Made by a program: the position numbers and the translations under genes | Assembly: GCA_002633005.1 (NCBI GenBank) | Contig: NMRA01000738.1 | Coordinates: forward strand, 88,886-152,885 | Reading direction: 5' to 3' | Length of the DNA stretch: 64,000 nt | Origin: Phoronis australis | Taxonomy: Eukaryota; Animalia; Phoronida | Notes under the pieces: model-generated | The model's input: the letters and a program-made list of their open reading frames with translations, nothing else | Database searches by the model: none | What the model was told of the DNA's origin: nothing | Part shown: positions 39,601 to 50,708 of the stretch, piece by piece | Layout: each line of letters starts with the position of its first letter | Numbering within the stretch: the stretch's first letter is position 1

Positions 39601-42600
39601 AAATGCATTTTATGACCCCTGAAAATGGAAAATAAATGCGTGTCTGGATCTCGGTTTTATGAATTTCGTCTATTTCCACAAAATTCCCATAAAACAACAT
39701 GAAATGCATTTTTTTGTTCATTATTTTTATCAGGTCTCTAAAATCTGATTTGTTGTAAAGATGTTGTAATATTGTCCTCTCAACCTTTCGCATTCGACCT
39801 TTGACCCTATTTTGTTTATGCTAATTGTTGCAGGCTGTTCATCTTGTCCTAGATGTCACTATAAGTACAGGTGTAAGTTAAGCCATGCAACATCTTGTTT
39901 GTTTCTGTCTCTCTACACTAGGTGGCACTCACGCTTAGGTCTAACCATGTTGTGATGAACTGTGTCAAACTCCTGTTTAAGGTCTATGTTATAGTTTCTT
40001 CCCAACTGACATCGTTTTGTCTGGTTACTGGGTGTCATCTGTTGATGCTTACAGAGACAGGTTTTTTGCTCTAACATTTTTGTGTTAAAAGTGTTAAGTT
40101 CCCTGCTATGTGCATACAGGTGTTACGTGTATAACCCATTTCAACATGCTACCTAATGACAGGGTTGCTAGTTTAACATGTTTCGACATTGACAAGTGTT
40201 TAGGGATATTTGATTTGATGACTGTGCAGGTGTAGTAATTTCTTGAGACGAGTTTGTTTGAGGAATGCAGGCTGACGGCGAGAGTCGCTAACCTTGGTGT
40301 GAAATTCAGCTTTTGAATTCTAGTAAAATAGCTATAACTCAGTTACCATCGCAACTGTAGCCCGTAGTTTATGATGCATATTATAGGGTTGTTACTTTAG
40401 TGGGACATTTTACTAAACTTTGGTAAGAATGAGATATATTAAGACAGTGGTGCCACCTGTGTTCTTTCACCTGAACTCTTTCTTATGTCATCTCTCGTGT
40501 GTATGCACGCACTCTTCTCTTCCTCTCACATCAGCCATGTCAGTTGCTTCGATCCATTGCCACAATCAACTTGTTGAGAAACTCATGCTAGTAACCCCTG
40601 AGTTAATGCCAACCGTCGGGCTTCACTTTTCAGCATCTACATATAATTGAACTTTGACCTCTGACCTCAGGTTAACATCATAGAAGTGCAGAACTTACCC
40701 TCACTAACATAATTTAAATATTCAATTACATTTAATAATCTCATTTATGTGTACACGTGAAGCTTTGTAAGATAATAACCATTATTCGCTAGTTTGTCAA
40801 CTATTGAAATTTTTGACTACGGAATGGAAGTCAGTGGCCATCTGTTCACGCAAATGTAGATGTGCATACTACTGAAAATACTTTTTACGCTGGAGGAAAA
40901 TCTCTAGTAGATTACTGCTATTTAATTACCAGTAAGCATGGCCAGTCATGAGTACTGTACAGTGACTGTTTTCATATGCTGTGGAATTTTAAACATTTTT
41001 ACCGCATATCATTATCCCATTCTGACAGTGCCAAGTTCTTGGTGTCAAACAAAGAAGTGGACCTCAGATCTTGCTTTTTGTGAGATCTCTGTTTTTGACA
41101 GTTTCCATCACTCTCATGACACTTGTGTGAAATTTTGTATTATTTATTATATTACAGTGTATTTCTTGTACAGTGTATTTCTTGTTTGAATCATTTCTCT
41201 CACCATGGGTGGTTGGTCAGACACCCTGCACTGCCACGCTAAACCTATTTTGTATTTCATCGACACCCCCATGACTACTCGATGTGTTAAATATCTTAAT
41301 TCATTGTCACCATAATCAATCGATACGGCATTTTCCAGTCATGCTCTAGTCAGCATGTTTTACTTACAACCAGTTTTAGCATAAATATCTCTAGTTTAGA
41401 TTTTGGCACTTAAATTAACGAGTCCAGTGGTTTATATCTAGTAACTCTTAGTGGTAAAATATTACCATTTAAGATACAAATTCTTTGGCGGCGTAGTAAA
41501 CATTTTATTTTTCCGTATTTCCATAAAAGCTGTAGCACCAAATGAATGCTGCTCCATGTTCAAGCTATGTTACCACAGTTACCACAAGGCCAGATTTGTT
41601 GGCTTTTCTCCCAAATTGTTGAGATATTTTGAAAGTTACTTGTGGCTAAATGTTAATCATATCGAGTGCTTCGCTTATAATACACGCTGATGTCTGGAAA
41701 GACTTGCGGGTTCTATTGAACTTGTAAGGTGCTGGCCACTGTACATGTACACACACTTCTGTACATCTGTCAAGAACGGACACTTTTGAATCACAAGCAT
41801 GGCATCAAGAATCTTACACAGAGTTGTTTTGCGGTTGTGTCCGGTTTGGTGGACTATAAAAAAGAAAGCATGCGAGTTGTTTGGATTCATGCTTATATGT
41901 CATCAATGTCTCACTGTTCTGTCATCTGCTTCATAATCTTGTACAGCAGCGCCCCCTATTGCTACTCATAACAACCTACTGTCACTGGCTGATAACAGTG
42001 TCTTTAAAGCCCCAAACAATGAATATCATTTGCTTCAAATGGGACCAGAGGTACAATCGGGCAACTGCATTTGGTCCGTGATTTGATCTTGTTTAATTAG
42101 GTCTAACTTACTGAATTTAAACAGAGGGCTCCTGTCCAAAACTCCAACCTAAACAATGGTTAAAAGTGGCGCTGCATGGGGCTTTTAAGGTATGCGAGTT
42201 GGTGCAGGAAAATGGAATCGTCTCACCATCTCCAAAGGTGCATTCAGTGGAGCTAAAGGTAGAACTTGCTCGTTTCCCTAACCCTACAGTCAATATATAG
42301 TCCGGTTACCTATTGTCGTCTGGCTCCAAAGGTCGTCCGCCATCTTGTTTCGCGTGCAGCGCAACCACGCGGGACTTAGCGTTCCAATTTGGAGTGCTCG
42401 TGTGCACGTTAGGTACTAACTTATCGGAAGAGACACGTATCAAAGTAATGAGACAAAAATCGGTGAGTTTACCGATTGTTTTTTAAAACCACTTAAAAAT
42501 CAGTAGATTTTACTAATACACTTTTTTGTGCGTTTTCAGAAGATGTTTTCGAATTTAAATTTTCTTCCGACGGGACACAAAACATGATCCAGGGTTTGTT

Positions 42601-45600
42601 TATGCAATGTATCTGTTTTTCCCAGGCACTAGTAGGATCTAGAAGGCCAAAGGAAAAATCCGCAGACAAATGCGATACGCTGGGTTCTTAACATTTTTGC
42701 CTCACGTTCACCATTAAACTGCATTGAAATGTTGAATTGGCTTTTATTGGAAACCACAGTGCAGAGCTCAACATCAAAGCTTCAAATCGAGTTTATGTCA
42801 ATAAAAACAGGCTGTTGCAATTTTCATTACTTCGTTGGCCTTTTTCTGCATGTTTCTCAGTTTTTACAAAAGGGGGCAGCATATGACGAACTTAGGTGTC
42901 ACAATAAAATGGCTGCCGAAGGCAGTGCACATTTGAAATAACTCGGCACAAATTAAAGAAAACTTCCGAATCGATGAATGCGGTATATCTGTGAGAGTTA
43001 AATCGAATCCTATTCAGATCATAACTTTGAAGTGAAATAATTCGGTGAGTACAACAGCAAGTCGGTTTTATGCTTAGGCGGACGACCATTGGGTTCCCCA
43101 GTATACCTACCCTGTGGTAGCCCCATGACAGTCCCAGCACATGCTCTAAACTCCCCTGCCTCTAGTCCCTTGCGCTATTGTGAGGTTATTGCTTTAAAAA
43201 CACCATTTACTGCAGTCCAAACTATATACAATATCAATTGGTCTGCCTGTGTGATGATGCTGATCGCAGTGCCCTCTCTTGCAGATCGAGAGTATGCAGT
43301 GCCAGACGTCACCAAGTCAGCGAGTGGTGTGACGATGTCAGCTCCACCATCGTCGCATTATCGTCACGTCATTCCATCTCTGTTACCAACCTACCCTACA
43401 GCTGATCTAGCAAATGCACCAAATATACAGGTGAACCATTTGGAATTGTTCTTAGGTTGAAAGGAATGGTATTTGGTGTTCATGCTACTGCTTAACTGAC
43501 GGTAATGGCTCTAGAATTTGGGACATGGAAACTATCGCAAAGGTTGAAATTCCTTGCTTCTGGAGTTTGTGACAAAGACCATTTTGGCGTTCACCACATT
43601 TCTCAAATTTGGGATATTGTTTTTTCAATCTACACACTGCGTATGTTTTCCCCTCTTTCTGGTAATTCTCGAATTTGGGATGAGCATTATTGCCTTATTT
43701 CTAGAAATTGTGGCAAGCTCACTGTCCCAAATTATTGCATGTTCACCCAAACAGTACCTATAAACTACACTTTTCAAAGTTCCAAATCCTTACTATATTG
43801 ACTTTAGTACTTACTAATATTTGTTTGCAATTATTTTAGTGCAAAGTGATGGACTAATTCACTGTTAGATGTAGTTTTTTGTAATTGAAACAGTATTCTT
43901 TCAAAATAAACAAACCGGTGTATGGAAATTTGACAAAGTTTCGAGGGTCCAGACTGCAACCAAATGCATTATTTTGACTAGAGCACTTTTCAATATAGGT
44001 GAACTTTTGACAAACTCTTGACAGGTCCAGCTACACACACACTTGCATTTCAATTAGTGACTAGATGTGATTACATCACATTAAACTCTGGCTTAAATTC
44101 AACAAAAATGTAGTTTCATTGCTACAAATGTTTGCCTGAATTGCCAAATAATTCTGGCATGTAGTACGTCCAACAGTAGCGACATAATTCTCTCCAGTTC
44201 AATATGAACACTACAATTAGTCCAATGCTATTGTAGCCTTATATGCAACTTTTTGCTATGTATATTCCAAATGAACCCATTTCTCTCTTCGCTCACCAGG
44301 GTGTCAGTGGAAACAACGTGTACTCAACTCCAAACTTAGAGCTACTGTTCCGTGACGACGCACGTGTCGTTGAATTCCCACGAGAGAACCTCAACTTCAT
44401 TGAGAAGCTGGGAGAGGGACAGTTTGGAGAGGTAATTGTCACTGCACAAAAATGCAGTCTTACCTTGCAATTTCGTTCTAAATTACTAGTTCCAAAATGC
44501 TATTTCAATGCAAAAAGTAATTTACAGGTATTTATTCCTTGCTGCTGTTTCAAATATAAAGCTTCTATCTGTTCAGTTGTCACAATGCACAAATTGACGC
44601 CATGTCCCAAGCTGTCTATGCATTAGTCGTTCTGCAGAGATCTTCAACGTGAGATTTCAAACAGGAAATAACCAAACATTGACATAGCTTAACGCCACCT
44701 TTTGGCCGTGCAGTAGCCAGCTGTTGATCTCATTGGCTTGATTATATAATAAATGTCAACGCCTTGTAACAAAAGTCTTTCACAAAAATGAATTTCAGAG
44801 TTGCTTTGACTGCCTCTCTCGTTTAGGTTCATCTTTGTGAAGCTGAGAGTATTCAAGACTATCTTGGGGACGATTTCTCCATCAACCGCAGTTTGGCAGC
44901 TAACTCCATGTTAGTCGCAGTCAAGGTTCTACGCAAGGATGCCAACGACAATGCCAGGTAATCAATTTGGATTTGGTCTTGAATTGGCCAGCATTTCATG
45001 ATTCAAACCAGTAATGTTAATTAGAATGTCCATAGCACTTGAGTCATTTGATTGGGCAGAATATCCCCAACAACGCTTTAATTCCATCCACTTCATTTTG
45101 ACCAAGTGCGCGTTCAGAGTTTGCAATCTCGGACAAGTGGATTCACGTATCTTACACTTGGAGTTTTCTAGCACAGTGGTTCCTGGTTAGGTATTTTGAA
45201 TTTTGCTTGCAAAAGTTAGCCGTAATCTTTATCTTGACTAAGAAAGACTTGCTTCACGCCTGGTGATCAGCCTCTCACGTAGTGTTACTTAGATGACTTT
45301 AAATGCAGTGGAATAGAACGTCTTTCTGATAAGAAATTTCACAAAACAATTGTGCTCACCCGACAGCATCTGACTAAAACCATTGATGACCGCTGTGTAA
45401 TAACTCAGTGACTTATTTAAACGTACGTTAGATACCAATGTGGGGGGACAACATGGTGGGCTTGCTGCAGTGTCCTGTTTATAGTCATCGAAGGTGTTCA
45501 CATGTCGAATCCGCCTCGCTGTGTAGTGTGGATGACATCAAGTGCTCTCAAGTTCACTATTATAATTTTTACTTTTTGGTTTAATTTGTTGAGTTTGCTG

Positions 45601-47778
45601 GGATAGATTATTACTAATACTCTCCGCCATTGTTTCCTGTGCGTAGACCCGATGGGAAATTTGAAAGAGTTTTCACCGTTGAGGCTAGTGTTCAATGATG
45701 ATCATTCCTCTAAATCTCGCTTGGAGTCTAGATATGGTGAATAACAGTGTGGACTCGTAATAGTCCATATCTGTTCACCACACTTGTTCTGACTTGCACA
45801 CACTCTACTCTAGCTATCCAATTTATTTTTGTTGGGATTGCGCGTTATTTCCTAATCTTTCACGTGACTGATCCTGTCTTTCTACCCTCCAGGACGGACT
45901 TCCAGAAGGAGGTTCGGCTGATGTCACGCCTGCGGGACCCCAACATTGTGCGTGTCCTGGCCGTGTGCACACAGAACACGCCAGCATGTATGATAGTCGA
46001 GTACATGAAATACGGGGACCTCAACCAGTTTTTGGTGCAACACTCTCCCGAGAACACCATAAACAAACACAGTAATATCAGGACACTCAGGTGAGGAGAT
46101 TTGTCTTATGGGGTACGTAAGGCGGCGCTGATCAGGCAACAGGAACAACGTTGCTCATGGGTTTCTTGAATGGTCAGGTGGGATTGGTGTCCTTGATCCA
46201 TCTAAGGATCCATTTATCAAAGGAGGGGGCATTTCTCATATCACGGGAGTTGTTGATGATAAAGAGAATTATAATCATGAGGTGCTCATTGGTTGTAGGT
46301 AGCACATTGAATGCAAGCAGGAAAATTTTACGGTGTGTTTGAGACCTCATGTTGAACACTTATATCAAGTATAATTGGGTCTAGTTGTTGATACCATTAT
46401 TTGGCTGTCAGTGTTCCTTTCTTTTTTGCCAAATTTTTACAAGTGATCCATCTAATGCCAGATTGATAAAAAGTCAAAAATCAAATTCTGTATACTGGCC
46501 TATACTTTTAGGAAGTATTATAATTTTAATGAGTTATAATCTATAGCCTTGTACACATTCTTTGAAATACACAGACTTATTAATAAGTGACGCTTATCAC
46601 TGTCATCCATCAATATTTTGTCTTCCAGTTACGGCTGTCTCATCTTCATGGCGTCACAAATCGCATCCGGCATGAAGTACTTGGAGACTATGAACATGGT
46701 GCACCGCGACCTCGCCACGCGCAACTGTCTCGTGGGACATTTGTACACGATTAAAATCTCCGACTTTGGCATGAGTCGGAGCCTGTACAGCTCGGATTAC
46801 TACAGGATAGAGGGTCGGGCAGTGCTGCCCATTCGGTGGATGGCCTGGGAGAGTATACTACTGGTATGGAATATTTATAATGATTACGGCAAACATTCTT
46901 CAATCTGGTATTACAATAATGGCTGAAATTGGTAATTTTTGCTTTTTAGGTGGTTTATTACATTGCAGCAAGTGGTCATTTTTTGACAATTGTGTTGTAC
47001 AAAGCATGTTGAATGCGCTGTAAATTTCGCTGAAAAGTCATTTTTGTTGTGAAGTTCAACCAAACAAAATTCCACTTATCTGCCACAGTGTGTACCAAGT
47101 TGAAGACTGTTTTACCGTAGGTACCTTTTTTACATTTTATTTGACTTGTATGGTATATACTGTTAGTACATATTAGTACGTGGAGTACGGAAGTTTCGGA
47201 TTAAATAACAACTTATACTTAGTAAAGTGAGCTGTACCAGATTACTGATTAATTACTTAGTGACTTCTCGATGACTAAATTCATTCAGTTGAAGTGACAG
47301 TCAACCAAGTCATTGCTAGCGAAGCTCACGACCCAACAAATGTGGAGACTTGTTTTGAGAAGAGCTTGCTGATGGGAAATGGTATTTTGTGTGATTACTT
47401 TTGTTGGTGGTAGTTCATAAATTTGCCCACGGTTGTACATTGCAGGGCAAGTTCTCGTCTCACAGTGACGTCTGGTCATTCGCTGTCACCCTGTGGGAAA
47501 TACTGAACTTTGCTCGTGAGCAGCCATTCGATCAGATGACGGATGAGCAAGTGATCGAGAACTGCGGGCACTTCTACCGCAATGACGGCCAACAGGCTTA
47601 CCTGTCCATGCCGGAGTTGTGCCCGAAGGAAATCTACGATCTGATGAGAGAGTGTTGGAACCAGAATGCCGGAGAGAGGCCGAGTTTCAAGGAGATACAT
47701 ATGTTTCTGCAACGAAAGAACATGGGATACAACCCCAAGGACGAGAAGTTGATGATGAACAGATTGCCTGTGTGTTGA
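33484..47778 (+). CDS. DDR2: Discoidin domain receptor tyrosine kinase (DDR1/DDR2 co-ortholog), 13 coding exons, 5'-partial; join(33484..33604,33936..34077,35155..35244,35988..36663,37203..37307,37786..38063,39093..39228,43285..43430,44300..44431,44827..44957,45893..46090,46629..46863,47446..47778)
   Basis: Hand-spliced exons with GT-AG boundaries give 2723 nt in one frame (2-nt phase + 907 codons including stop). Domain order: discoidin ([32 protein letters not shown]), DS-like ([24 protein letters not shown]), TM, juxtamembrane, then Tyr kinase ([49 protein letters not shown]). Confidence 0.97.
33936..34077 (+). CDS. DDR2: DDR exon, discoidin domain ([47 protein letters not shown])
   Basis: Acceptor cctttcag, donor AAG|gtaagc. 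GAWCP, EYLQIDL and TQGR motifs present. Confidence 0.95.
35155..35244 (+). CDS. DDR2: DDR exon, discoidin domain ([30 protein letters not shown])
   Basis: Acceptor cttacttcacag, donor gtaagt. Lies within ORF 35092..35274. Confidence 0.93.
35988..36663 (+). CDS. DDR2: DDR exon, end of discoidin domain plus DS-like domain
   Basis: Acceptor cctttccag, donor G|gtgagt. ORF 35919..36671 with [32 protein letters not shown]. Confidence 0.97.
37203..37307 (+). CDS. DDR2: DDR exon, extracellular Pro/Thr-rich stalk
   Basis: Acceptor cctgttacag, donor G|gtatgt. Phase 1/1 fits its neighbours. [19 protein letters not shown]. Confidence 0.85.
37786..38063 (+). CDS. DDR2: DDR exon, transmembrane helix and proximal cytoplasmic region
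   Basis: Acceptor ttcttcccctacag, donor gtgagt. Hydrophobic [23 protein letters not shown] followed by basic RHRRSR. Confidence 0.93.
39093..39228 (+). CDS. DDR2: DDR exon, juxtamembrane (MYNCV..EIYHEP..RKLPDVP)
   Basis: Acceptor tattttcag, donor G|gtgagc. Phase 0/1. Tyr motifs present. Confidence 0.85.
42300..43110. mobile_element. Putative non-autonomous transposon remnant in a DDR intron
   Basis: CpG-rich block bounded by inverted ggtcgtccgcc / ggcggacgacc. Exact ends and TSD unresolved. Confidence 0.35.
43285..43430 (+). CDS. DDR2: DDR exon, juxtamembrane ([14 protein letters not shown])
   Basis: Acceptor ccctctcttgcag, donor CAG|gtgaac. Joins the conserved IQ|GVSGNNVY. Confidence 0.88.
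44300..44431 (+). CDS. DDR2: DDR exon, kinase start ([28 protein letters not shown])
   Basis: Acceptor gctcaccag, donor GAG|gtaatt. Gly-rich loop. Confidence 0.96.
44827..44957 (+). CDS. DDR2: DDR exon, kinase ([23 protein letters not shown])
   Basis: Acceptor ctctctcgtttag, donor AG|gtaatc. VAVK catalytic Lys. Not in the ORF track. Confidence 0.96.
45893..46090 (+). CDS. DDR2: DDR exon, kinase ([33 protein letters not shown])
   Basis: Acceptor ctaccctccag, donor AG|gtgagg. Confidence 0.96.
46629..46863 (+). CDS. DDR2: DDR exon, kinase catalytic and activation loops
   Basis: Acceptor gtcttccag, donor CTG|gtatgg. [17 protein letters not shown]. Confidence 0.97.
47446..47778 (+). CDS. DDR2: DDR last coding exon ([24 protein letters not shown])
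   Basis: Acceptor cattgcag, stop TGA at 47776-47778. Confidence 0.96.
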   Translation, partial: GKFSSHSDVWSFAVTLWEILNFAREQPFDQMTDEQVIENCGHFYRNDGQQAYLSMPELCPKEIYDLMRECWNQNAGERPSFKEIHMFLQRKNMGYNPKDEKLMMNRLPVC

Positions 47779-48468
47779 TCCTTGACTTGTGGAGGACAGT
47801 GACCTTTTACTTTTGACCTCATGTCTCATTTAATTTGGGAATCATCCGATGTAGAACATCGGTAGGACCAATCTAAAGCGAATGCAAGAAGATTCTTTGC
47901 CTCAAGTTGAAGTTAAAGGGAACACCACTTTAACACGAAATACTTTCTCTTATGGAGAGAAAATGCTTGTTGATAGTCTATTTGGTATTTGCGCGTACTT
48001 AAAGGAAGAGAGCTGTAAAAGTGTTTTTGCAAGCAATAGAGAAACTACAAGAAGGTGGAAAGGGTGTTGCACATTCATGACTCGTGTTTAAATTGCTCAG
48101 TACAACTGGTGTATAGACTGTGACTGGACTATTCAGTGTTGGTTATAAAAACCTTTCTACAGTGTATGCATACACAGCACTATCAACCAGTTGTGTACCT
48201 AGTGACACCTGTTGGTTACAGTAGTTTTTGAGATGCTGTTTAGCAATATTTGTTCTCGTTGAAAATTGGAAAAAATTCTGAAGCAGAAGTTTTTGGCTAA
48301 TTTTCAAATAATGTTATGTTTTCCTGTGTTTTTGCCAAAACTTAGTAGAACTGAGGCGAATTTCAGCAAGATTTGTCATTTTTTAAAACTACAGTACATG
48401 GGTTGTGTGGTTAAGACATTTCACTTTTCACCAGACATTTGGGACCGGTAATACAACCAGCCATGATC

Positions 48469-49613
48469 AAGTAAAAAAATCACTTAGGGCTGTTCCAGTA
48501 AAATCCATGTGGGAGGGGGGGGACGGCAGTAGAAATAAAAATTCATGGGTGGTTGTCTTCAGAAAAAAACACAAATTATAGGTGGTCGTTCCTGTAAGAA
48601 GTGATCCATTAAAAATGGGTGGTATTTTTTGACCTGTTAATGTTGACAGGTTGGTTACTTCAGCCCTCAAAAGTCAAAACGAAATGCATATATCCTAACT
48701 TAACCCAATACAAAAAAGCCCATATTGCCAGTGAACAGAGTGCAATATGTTCACTAAGCCATTAATCAAGTCATGGGCAACTTGATTTGAGCCAACTGTT
48801 TGTCTGCAGTCCTATTTAATTGAAAAGTTATGCAACACTAAACTGGTGTTAACACATATAAGAAAATTGATGATTTTTGAATAAAAAGTATGAGGAGTAA
48901 GATGAAAAAAATAAACAAGTTCCAATATTCACTTGACATAGAAGTATAAAAGAGTTCGTGGAGACAGTTCATAGATCCTTATAAATGAAAAAATGTTCAT
49001 TGAAATTATAGACACATGGTGAACAGAGACACCTGGTGGCTGCCAAAAGTATTGCTCACTGCCTACTTTAGTTTTTGACAATATTGGACAAGACAACTAG
49101 TTCTTGTCTGTCAATCATCTAAGTTCTTAACAGGTCCTCCTGGAGGCAATTTGTTTGCAAGTGTTGGATTTTATATTTTAACCCATTAAAAATAATTAAA
49201 AAATTATGGGTCATGGGTTGGAGAAATAAATGAAAAATATGGGCGGTGGGTAAGAAATAAAAGTGCCTTCCCCCCCCTCCCATACAGATTTTGCTGGAAC
49301 AGCCCTTACTACGAACTGTTTGTAGTTTATGACCGACATTTCCACCATCATCTAAGGGTCTTTTTCAACGTGTGGGTTTCCGGCGCTTTTCTTTCCCTAA
49401 TCTAAAATGGGGTCATATCCCCAGGGAGCAGTAAATCTTGGTCTCGGTTCATGGTGAGCTGTCTGTTCCTGATAAAGACGGCTTCTTTAACTTTTCGTGA
49501 GAACCAATGGTCCTCTGTGGCTAGAACTTTGGCATAATGATTGTTCCTGTCCACAGTAACAAACGTCTGAATCATCAACTACAAACAGTTCGTAGTGAGT
49601 GAAATTTTTACCT
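48469..49613. mobile_element. Older ~320-bp MITE whose left TIR is interrupted by the Harbinger MITE
   Basis: Removing the insert gives gtaaaaaaatcacttactacgaactgtttgtagtt, which is the near reverse complement of aactacaaacagttcgtagtgagtgaaatttttac at ~49577-49611. Confidence 0.75.
48487..49305. mobile_element. PIF/Harbinger (Tourist-like) MITE, 819 bp, downstream of the DDR stop
   Basis: TTA|GGGCTGTTCCAGTAAAATCCATGTGGGAGGGGGGGG ... CCCCCCCCTCCCATACAGATTTTGCTGGAACAGCCC|TTA. 3-bp TTA TSD. Confidence 0.88.
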
Positions 49614-50568
49614 ACTGAACATAGTCACGGACTATGAAAAACTCAGAAGACGTGGCAAAGGAATTTATTCATCATGTTACTGGCATTTTGGGTTCAACTG
49701 TAATATCTTTCTCAAACACACTGCAAGTTTGTGTAGAAGCTTAAAACAAAATGACTCATTTTATCTAACGTGTCTCACTATTTTGCCTGTTGTCATCGAG
49801 AAGACATTTGACAGAGCCTTATTTGCTGTGAGATTTTGTGTGCCACCAAGTGTAAGTTTGATGAGAAAGGATGGAAGCTATCCGTGTAAACAATATGTAC
49901 ATAGTACTAGTCTGTAGATATACCAGAGATTTTCTCACACGGGAGGTGATATTTTATGTCTTTATACCATGTTTGTTATTAGTTTTTATGTGAAAGGATG
50001 TATTTATTGACATATTGCCACAGATGACGGTGAACTACATAGGGAATCACTCATGCTCATTTGTTTATACGGAATTTGTGAGATTGCTGTTATTTACTGA
50101 GTGGGCGAGAGGAATAGGGTTGCTTGATTCTTAATGATAAGTTTTGTTTTGCTTAAAATAGTTTCTGAAGAAGGCCCCAACATGAACGTTGACGCTAGTG
50201 TAACTTACATGTAATATTTGGTGTCAGGGGCATGGCTGGACATATAGGTGTACAATTTGGGTAGACCAATAGGTGGCGTAGCACATATTTCACCTGGAGC
50301 ATTTGGTAGAAACGAGTTAAGTCACGTAGGTTTTTACCAATGTTTAGGTCTGATGAATTTTGTAAGAGATTTCATCTACGCCTTTGTAGTAAGGTAAGCA
50401 AAAATGGGCTTATCTTTTTCCGTTGTTCACTGTTTTAATTTCGAGCCGATATGCATTGAAGAGTCATGTTGAAGTTGCCATTGAATCGAGTTAATTATTG
50501 TTATCCGATTGTCAATACATTTTATATTGCCATGATATCCTGTTTGTGTCATCAACAGCAATGGTCGA

Positions 50569-50708
50569 CCAGGATGGGGTACTGAGCCCAGGATGGGGTA
50601 CTGAGCCCAGGATAGGGTACTGAGCCCAGGATGGTGTACTGAGCCCAGGATGGGGTACTGAGCCCAGGATGGTGTACTGAGCCCAGGATGGTGTACTGAG
50701 CCCAGGAT
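50569..50708. repeat. 19-bp minisatellite (CCAGGATGGKGTACTGAGC) x ~7
   Basis: Directly visible. Explains the repetitive ORFs 50512..50847 and 50552..50788. Confidence 0.96.
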
